Source of the DNA: an uncultured Spirochaetota bacterium
GTDB lineage: Bacteria; Spirochaetota; Spirochaetia; SZUA-6; Fen-1364
Reading direction: 5' to 3'
NCBI GenBank assembly: GCA_963820525.1
Contig: CAWGAA010000001.1
Coordinates: forward strand, 2,016,001-2,080,000
Length of the DNA stretch: 64,000 bases
The notes under the pieces are model-generated. The model searched no databases. It saw only the letters and a list, made by a program, of their open reading frames with translations, and was not told the origin of the DNA. This document shows, piece after piece, positions 57,583-64,000 of this stretch (position 1 is its first letter; each line of letters begins with the position of its first letter). The position numbers and the translations under genes were made by a program.

Positions 57583-59421
57583 TCAGCCCTCGACCGGCGT
57601 CAGGGTCACCTTGATCTTCGGTCTATGGTTAGAGTTCGGCAGCTCCACAGAAAGCCCGGTTGCGTCGAATTTCCTCCAGGGACTGGAATCGACCATCACC
57701 TCGGTGATCTTTACGCTGCCCGGCGGGAGGAAATCGGGTTGGACCCGGAGGATTCCGTCCGGGAAGCCGTCCAGATGGGGCTTGAAATGCAGCACGAGCG
57801 GCTGTTTTGTATGGAGAAGGTTCGTGTAGACCTGGGCGAGGTAGCAGAGCTCCGTGGAATGGTATCCACTCATGGAATGGCTTCCCTTCAGCCGCTCCGT
57901 TCCGACAAGGAAGGGAATGCCGTTGGCGAGGACGTTAAAATAGACGGCGCCGTCGTCGTGGTCAAGGAAAAAAGTGTTGTAGAACGCGGTGGACTCTCGT
58001 CCGATTTTAAGATATGCGGGTTTCTTCAGTATGCCGTACAGAATCTGGTAGGCGAGGATGCCCTGCTCCTGCTGCCACCACGCCTTGCGGTCGTGCCAGG
58101 CAAACCGATGAAGCTGTTCGCCTTTCTGCTTCATCCGCTCCACGACGTCGTACCACCCGAATCTCTGCCTGTCCATTCCTGACTCGGGCATCAGCGCGGC
58201 GATCTTTTCCGCGAGTTTGACATACCGCTGGTCAGGGACAACGCTGTTGATCCGCATCAGGTTCCAGGCGATCTTGAGATTATGGCCTATCACGGCGCGA
58301 TTCTGCTGCCATCCCCACGCCTGGTCCTTGCTCCAGTCCTCGAAGAACTTTTCCTGCACAAAAGGGCTTGCCGCGTAGTCCGGGAAGCGTTCTACGATGC
58401 AGTCGGCCGTGGACTTCAGGAAATCGATGTGCTTCTTCTCGCCCGACGCAAGGCAGAGGTTGATGAGGTAGGCGGGCGCGTGATCGCCCACCGAGTTCCA
58501 GTTCTTCTTGGCCCGGTTGCGGCCGAGGCTCTCGCTGCGGGGGTCCAGGGTCACGGGATCCAGGTGGGAGAAGTATCCGCCCTTCTTCCTGTCAAGGAAG
58601 AACCGGTCGAACAGGTCGATCGTCATGCGGATGTCTTTCATGATCCGGGGGTCGCCGTTTATCCTGTAGGCCTGCGTGGGACCGGCCAGTGCGTAGATCT
58701 GCTCATAAGCGGGGATGGCGTCGTAGTCGTCGCCGAACTCGGAGGCGAAGATCTTGTCCTCATTTTCTCCCGAAACCTTGATCCCGTGGTACCAGTAGAT
58801 AATGTTCTCATCGACGTCGTAAAAGCGCATGTGATCGCGCAGGTATTGAGTTCCCTTCTCGGCCGCTTCAAGGTACTCGTTGTTTCCCGTAAGCAGGAAC
58901 GCGGTGGCGAAGCCGTACACGAGACGGGAGATGGTGTCCGTCTCCTGACGGAAATTGTTCTCGTAATGGCCCTTGCGTTCGCCCGTCAGGTCTATCTGCG
59001 TGCAGTATTGGCGGTAATCGATCCGGTGCTCTTTTCCGAACTGGGCTCTCAGGTAGAACTTACAGATTCCTTCAACCTGCTTGATCCACCAATCCGGTTC
59101 CTCAAAGCGGTACTTGCCGGGTTTCTTGCCCGGGAAGTCCAGGGCCTTTGCCTCGAAGAAGTACTCGCCGTCCTTCGGATAATAGACTCCATACGCGAAA
59201 ACCATCTGCCCCTTTTCCAGCAGTTCCGGTACTTGCGCCGTGCAGTCGATGTACGGCTCGTCAAGATTGCGAAGGATGCGGGCGTACAGGTTTATGCCCA
59301 GGATAACGTTGTACATCCTGCCGTCTGACGTCTCCATCCGAAAGGTATTCGCGGCCTTATCGAAGTCGACGACATATCCACTGATGGTGTCCGAAAACTC
59401 AAATCCGCTGATTTTCATCAT
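57583..59421 (-). CDS. AGE family epimerase/isomerase (N-acylglucosamine 2-epimerase-like) with extra N- and C-terminal domains
   Basis: SRLVYGF, KNWNSVGDH, GHNLKIAW, KAWWQQEQ, GYHSTEL. Confidence 0.85.
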   Translation of the reverse strand: MMKISGFEFSDTISGYVVDFDKAANTFRMETSDGRMYNVILGINLYARILRNLDEPYIDCTAQVPELLEKGQMVFAYGVYYPKDGEYFFEAKALDFPGKKPGKYRFEEPDWWIKQVEGICKFYLRAQFGKEHRIDYRQYCTQIDLTGERKGHYENNFRQETDTISRLVYGFATAFLLTGNNEYLEAAEKGTQYLRDHMRFYDVDENIIYWYHGIKVSGENEDKIFASEFGDDYDAIPAYEQIYALAGPTQAYRINGDPRIMKDIRMTIDLFDRFFLDRKKGGYFSHLDPVTLDPRSESLGRNRAKKNWNSVGDHAPAYLINLCLASGEKKHIDFLKSTADCIVERFPDYAASPFVQEKFFEDWSKDQAWGWQQNRAVIGHNLKIAWNLMRINSVVPDQRYVKLAEKIAALMPESGMDRQRFGWYDVVERMKQKGEQLHRFAWHDRKAWWQQEQGILAYQILYGILKKPAYLKIGRESTAFYNTFFLDHDDGAVYFNVLANGIPFLVGTERLKGSHSMSGYHSTELCYLAQVYTNLLHTKQPLVLHFKPHLDGFPDGILRVQPDFLPPGSVKITEVMVDSSPWRKFDATGLSVELPNSNHRPKIKVTLTPVEG

Positions 59422-59431
59422 GCCCCCCGCC

Positions 59432-61453
59432 TCATACGTTGGAAGGATCGTGATCGGCGCCCATCCCGATCAGTCGGACAGGCCGGAAGGGATACTTCCC
59501 GAGCTTCCTGTCGCCATAATAGCCGTCGTAGCCGAATTGGAAATTCACGCCCCATGCGAACGTGGCGCCGAAAGCGGACGATGAAAGATAGAAGCCCTGT
59601 GGCTTTGTAACGGTATCCGGAAAAAAATCGGGATGAAACCATTTGCCGTCGTTGTAGGAGAGGTCAACCAGAGTGCCGAGCTCTCGGATGTTGGCCAGCC
59701 TCCAATCCCGATGACCGCCCGTGTCGAGGTTTTCACAGTAACTGAGCGCTTCGGCAAGGGTCATGGGAGAAACCTCATCCTTCTTCCACATCAGCCTGGT
59801 GACATGGTCCGTCACGGTTCCGTCCCTGTTGTCGGAAAACGAGTAGCGTTCAGCGTCTCCGAAGGCGGGGTTGTAACCGCCGCGGACCGCGCGTACCGGA
59901 TACGGGATGTCCTTGTGATAGCAGATCGCGCAGCCGTAGGCGAAATACACGCCCCACGCCATTTTCTGATCGGCGTGGTAAGAATCCTTGGACCAGTAAA
60001 ACTCGGGCCGCGCATCAGGGAAGAAAGCGGGATCGACCGCGGGGATGGCGTCACTGTAAACTGCTATGGTCCTGAGTTCTTCGCGGTTTGGCAGTCTCCA
60101 GTCCGAGTAACCTCCGTAGTTCGCGCGGTTCAGGCCATCCACAAATTCCCGGGCGCCCGACCAACTGTACCGATCAAGTCTATAGTTCAAGGCGCCGGCC
60201 TCGGGGGACTTAATCTCCCAGACCAGGCCCGTCGAGCCGTCTATCACCATCCGCCATCCCTGATCCCAACCGGCGCTCGCGGGCAGAGGAAGCCCCCGAT
60301 CCCGAAGTCGGACAAACCCGCGCGGTTGCTGATGCTGCGCGTCCTGCCCGAAGAGAGGCTCGCCTTTATTCGGAGCGTCAATACGGACGCCTTCCACATC
60401 GTAGCAGGCGGTCTGGCCCGTTGCGGGAAGAACGAAAACCTCGGGTTTCGGTTTCGGAGGCTCGATGTTCCGAACGGCCCTGTAAAGGAGTTTGGCGTCC
60501 CTTCCCGCATAGTATCCGTCGTATCCGAAATTGAAATTCGTGACCCACGCGAATGTTCTTTCATGGACCGTGGACGAGAAGTAGTGAAGAAAGGGAGGAA
60601 CGAGCCCTTCACCCGGGAAGACATCCTTGAAGAACCAGGAGTTGCCGGTATACGCGAGGTTCAGGATCGAATTGATCTCCTTGATGTTCGGCAGCCGCCA
60701 ATCGGCGAAGCCCGCCAGCCGAAGGTTTCGACATCCCTCCAGGGATTCGTACCAGTTCGAACGGGGGTTCTCAGCGCGCTGCCACATGAGTCCGGTGGCG
60801 AGATCCGTCACCGTGCCGTCCCGGTTGTCGACGAACCGCCGGGCATCCATCTTTCCGAACAGCTTACTCCATCCGCCACGCACTGCCATGGCGTAACGCC
60901 GCGCGGCCTTGGCCTGGGCCGTCGCGGCGCCGAGGCCGGAGAAGATGGCCCAGGCAAGGTACGGCTGCATCTCGTACGTCGCGTCGCACCAGAACATGCC
61001 GATACGGCAGGACGGGAAATACCATGGATCCAGCGCCGGGCTTGTCCGGCCATAGTCGAAAACGGATCGAAGCTCGTCCTTGTTCGGCATTCGCCAGTCG
61101 TCGAATCCGCCGTAGCGCTTGCGGTTCAATTCCGCCACATGGACCGTTCGCGCCTCTTCCCACGTGAAAAGAGCGTCGGCGGCATTGACGTCGGCCGGAT
61201 CAGGGGATTTGACTTCCCAGACCAATCCGGTGTTGTCGTCGAGGACGGTGCGAAAACCGTCGACCCATCCGGCAGAGTCCTCAAGAACTCCGCCCCGCTC
61301 GTCCAGTTTCTTGAAGGCAGGCGGATTCGTCACGGAGCATCCGTTCTGACCCCATAGGGGATCTCCGGGGGCGGGCTGAATTTCGTTTCCATCCCGGTCG
61401 TAGCATCGGACCTGTCCCGTGTCGGGAAACCGGAAGCAATTCTCCCCGCTCAT
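59432..61453 (-). CDS. DUF1566 (Lcl C-terminal) multidomain protein, four domains
   Basis: Four D..TGL.W...DWR(M/L).N..E...AVR/PVR units and two P.TGQ..CYD leaders; RBS AAGGAG. Confidence 0.9.
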   Translation of the reverse strand: MSGENCFRFPDTGQVRCYDRDGNEIQPAPGDPLWGQNGCSVTNPPAFKKLDERGGVLEDSAGWVDGFRTVLDDNTGLVWEVKSPDPADVNAADALFTWEEARTVHVAELNRKRYGGFDDWRMPNKDELRSVFDYGRTSPALDPWYFPSCRIGMFWCDATYEMQPYLAWAIFSGLGAATAQAKAARRYAMAVRGGWSKLFGKMDARRFVDNRDGTVTDLATGLMWQRAENPRSNWYESLEGCRNLRLAGFADWRLPNIKEINSILNLAYTGNSWFFKDVFPGEGLVPPFLHYFSSTVHERTFAWVTNFNFGYDGYYAGRDAKLLYRAVRNIEPPKPKPEVFVLPATGQTACYDVEGVRIDAPNKGEPLFGQDAQHQQPRGFVRLRDRGLPLPASAGWDQGWRMVIDGSTGLVWEIKSPEAGALNYRLDRYSWSGAREFVDGLNRANYGGYSDWRLPNREELRTIAVYSDAIPAVDPAFFPDARPEFYWSKDSYHADQKMAWGVYFAYGCAICYHKDIPYPVRAVRGGYNPAFGDAERYSFSDNRDGTVTDHVTRLMWKKDEVSPMTLAEALSYCENLDTGGHRDWRLANIRELGTLVDLSYNDGKWFHPDFFPDTVTKPQGFYLSSSAFGATFAWGVNFQFGYDGYYGDRKLGKYPFRPVRLIGMGADHDPSNV

Positions 61454-61582
61454 GACTTTCTCCTTTCTGACCGAACGGTTGTTTGTCTTTGGGCAGTATA
61501 ACACATGCGAGTGGGGCTAAATAAGCATTGCTCGCCAGTGCTATTGGAAGTACAATACCATGACGCGCATCCGGAGGAAAAA

Positions 61583-62752
61583 ATGGTGACATTATCCGTG
61601 CGAATTCCGTTGAACCCATACCGCAAATCCGGAAGAACGGTTTCCCGTATTGCTCTCGACGTGACCGGCGCGGGATTCCGCGTCTCGCAAACCACGGAGG
61701 ACGTCGGATCTCTGGACTTCGTCGATAGGTCATTGGAGCTGCCAACCGCGGGTTCCTACACAATCGCCGCGCGGATTTTCGAACGAGAGGACCCCATCGC
61801 CTCGGGAGAGGCGGTGGTGGCTGTGGCGGACGGAATGAACGTCGTCACCTTCCTCCTCATTACGTCCCGAGGAGATTTCTCTCCGGCAAAGGCTTCCCTC
61901 GCGGGGCGGTTGAGCGCAGGAACCGGACTGCGCTTCGATCTTCCCACCGAGGCGCAGTGGGAATACGCCTGCCGCGCCGGTACGACGAAGGCGTACAACA
62001 ACGACACGGATTGCCTGGTCGCGGAGAAGAACGACAGGTTGAAGGACCAGAACCTCGAGCCTCTCGCGTGGTACGGGGGGAATTGGAACGTCGAAGGCGA
62101 GGATTCCGAGAGAAAGCGCGAGGTAGGCCTCAAGGCGCCGAATGCCTGGGGGCTCTACGACATGCTGGGGAACCTTTGGGAGTATTGCCTGGATTGGTAT
62201 GACGCCTATCCCGCAGACGCCGTTGATCCGCTGGGCCCGGCCCAGGGCCAGAAGCGCGTGGTCCGGGGAGGGAGCTGGCACGCGTGGGCCGGCCTCTGCC
62301 GGTCGGCGATGCGGCAGAAGTCACGCGGCGCGTTCCGCGGCCAGGGCGTGCGCATTGCTTGTTCGACGGAGGGATCGCCCCCCGAGGCCGTATGCCTGAT
62401 CGTCGACGTTTCCAAGACCGGCGCGGGGAAGCTGGAAATAGAGTTCGCAAAGACCGTTCCGCCGGATCTGTTGACGAATGATGCGTACCGGACAACCAAG
62501 ATCGTCCTGAAGCGCATTAGAGCCGGATCCTTTATCATGGGCTCCCCGCCCGAGGAAACGGGCCGGAACTCCGACGAAACTCAGCACTCGGTAACGCTCA
62601 CAAGGGATTTCTTCATGGGCGTATTCATGATCACGCAGAAACAATGGGAACTGCTCATGGGGTCGAATAACAGCGTGAAGCGCGGAGAGAAGCTTCCAAT
62701 CGAGAACATCGATTGGGAGGATTGCCGGGGAGGCCAATGGCCGCCCGGTTGA
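61583..62752 (+). CDS. FGE-sulfatase (SUMF1-like) domain protein with permuted motif order
   Basis: FDLPTEAQWEYACRAGT, GLYDMLGN, RVVRGGSW precede AGSFIMGSP, VTLTRDFFMG, PIENIDW; RBS GGAGG. Confidence 0.85.
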   Translation: MVTLSVRIPLNPYRKSGRTVSRIALDVTGAGFRVSQTTEDVGSLDFVDRSLELPTAGSYTIAARIFEREDPIASGEAVVAVADGMNVVTFLLITSRGDFSPAKASLAGRLSAGTGLRFDLPTEAQWEYACRAGTTKAYNNDTDCLVAEKNDRLKDQNLEPLAWYGGNWNVEGEDSERKREVGLKAPNAWGLYDMLGNLWEYCLDWYDAYPADAVDPLGPAQGQKRVVRGGSWHAWAGLCRSAMRQKSRGAFRGQGVRIACSTEGSPPEAVCLIVDVSKTGAGKLEIEFAKTVPPDLLTNDAYRTTKIVLKRIRAGSFIMGSPPEETGRNSDETQHSVTLTRDFFMGVFMITQKQWELLMGSNNSVKRGEKLPIENIDWEDCRGGQWPPG

Positions 62753-62771
62753 TCTTTTCAAGGAGGCAACG

Positions 62772-64000
62772 ATGAGAGAATCCGCATTCCGAACGCGGAC
62801 GATGTGGCAGGCCTTCGACGCGCACTGCGTGGGGGTCCTTGCCCAGTACGACCGCAACGCGTACGGCGGCGTGATTTTCGACGGCCGCTATCTCTACTAC
62901 ACGCCCAGCCGTCAGGAAGGCATCGCATTCGCGGGTCCCAACGTCATCTTCCACGGCCGCGTCCTGCGTTTTGACACTCGGGGAGACTTTTCCGACGCGG
63001 CGAGCTGGGCCGCCTACGACGCGAAGACCACAGACGGGATGGACACGCGCGGTTACGCCGGCGGGGTGTTCGACGGCAGGTACGTGTACTTTGCGCCGTG
63101 GTGCAGCCAGGGCTTCGACCACCACGCCCGCGTTTTACGCTACGACACGCGGGGTCAGGGATTTGAGGCCCCCTCAAGCTGGAGCGCGTTCGACGCTGGT
63201 AGGACCGACAGAGAAGGCCTTTGCCACGGGTACAACGGCGCCATTTTCGACGGCCGCCATGTGTATTTCATTCCCCTCTTCAACAACGAGCTCTTCAACC
63301 ACGGCCGCGTCCTTCGATACGATACCGAGGGCGATGATTTCAAGAACCCGGCCCGGTGGGAGGCCTACGACGTCAAGGACACGGACGGCATCCAGAACGT
63401 GGGATACTGCGGCGCTGTGTTCGACGGCAGACACATCTACTTCGTTCCGAGCGCATCTTCCACCTCCCCCGTGGACGCGAAAAGCCATGCCCACGTCCTT
63501 CGTTACGACACAAAAGGGGCCGGCTTCCGGGACGCCGGGAGCTGGCGGGCCTTCGACGCGGGCAGGACGGACGGGATGGAGACCCGCGGGTACTCCGGAG
63601 GCGTGTTTGACGGCCGGCACGTGTATTTCGTTCCCAATTTCCTCATCGGGGAGAGCTGGCACGCCCGCGTGCTGCGTTACGACACGCGGAAGGGCTTCCA
63701 GGAGCCGGCGAGCTGGGAAGCCTTTGACGCTGCGGGCACGGACAACCTGCCCACCGTCGGATTCGCCGGCGGAGCGTTCGACGGTCGATACGTCTACTTC
63801 ACGCCCCGCAACCAGAAAGGCAGGCATTTGCGCTACGACACGCAAAGCTCATTCAAGGAAAGCGCTTCATGGGAAGCCTTTGACGCCGGAAGCGTCGACG
63901 GCCTTGTCACCGAAGGCTTCATCAACGCCGCCTTTGACGGGAAATACGTCTACTTTGTCCCGCACATCGACTCTGCCAACACGTATCACTGCCGGACCCT
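62772..64000 (+). CDS. Beta-propeller-like repeat protein (FDGRYVYF repeats), runs off the window end
   Basis: Not in the ORF track. Open frame from ATG 62772 (RBS AAGGAGG) with at least seven ~55-60 aa repeats W.A(F/Y)D...G(Y/F).G..FDG(R/K)(Y/H).Y(F/Y).P...LRYDT. Confidence 0.85.
   Translation, partial: MRESAFRTRTMWQAFDAHCVGVLAQYDRNAYGGVIFDGRYLYYTPSRQEGIAFAGPNVIFHGRVLRFDTRGDFSDAASWAAYDAKTTDGMDTRGYAGGVFDGRYVYFAPWCSQGFDHHARVLRYDTRGQGFEAPSSWSAFDAGRTDREGLCHGYNGAIFDGRHVYFIPLFNNELFNHGRVLRYDTEGDDFKNPARWEAYDVKDTDGIQNVGYCGAVFDGRHIYFVPSASSTSPVDAKSHAHVLRYDTKGAGFRDAGSWRAFDAGRTDGMETRGYSGGVFDGRHVYFVPNFLIGESWHARVLRYDTRKGFQEPASWEAFDAAGTDNLPTVGFAGGAFDGRYVYFTPRNQKGRHLRYDTQSSFKESASWEAFDAGSVDGLVTEGFINAAFDGKYVYFVPHIDSANTYHCRT

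Noticed and set aside
59432..62752. Diversity-generating retroelement suggested by DUF1566 and FGE (CLec-fold) genes
   Set aside because: No reverse transcriptase in the window and no template/variable repeat pair differing at adenines was seen
62800..64000. Regularly spaced DNA repeats resembling a CRISPR array
   Set aside because: Repeats are degenerate at third codon positions and lie in one open frame, so they are protein repeats

Overview
GC-rich bacterial DNA, possibly from a free-living Spirochaetota genome (inferred only from gene content: many lipoproteins, a CsgG-like protein, TolC systems alongside Firmicutes-like sugar ABC and two-component genes). About 50 CDS. 0-39.7 kb: RlmL-like methyltransferase (partial), a MarR-MFS-two adaptor-TolC efflux operon, two spermidine-synthase-like membrane proteins, hydrolases, a YesMN-like two-component/sugar ABC/GH31 locus, an ArsR/Met-rich/methyltransferase operon, an AT-rich CsgG-PKD-Ntn hydrolase-Lnt block and an RND pump. 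39.7-52.6 kb is a plasticity zone: a complete IS110-family element splitting a gene, a collapsed type I R-M remnant, a hisF pseudogene, a complete IS1380 element with a TTAA duplication, and AT-rich single genes. 52.6-64 kb: a DUF1566-AGE epimerase-GlgX-STAS-anti-sigma kinase-SpoIIE-cNMP operon, divergent from an apparently circularly permuted FGE-sulfatase protein and an FDGRYVYF-repeat propeller protein. The best-supported highlight is the IS110 element: its exact ends, CT core, circle-junction promoter and a candidate bridge RNA whose internal loops match its own target and donor sites can all be read from the sequence. No rRNA, tRNA or CRISPR array was seen. All family calls come from motif recognition, not database searches.
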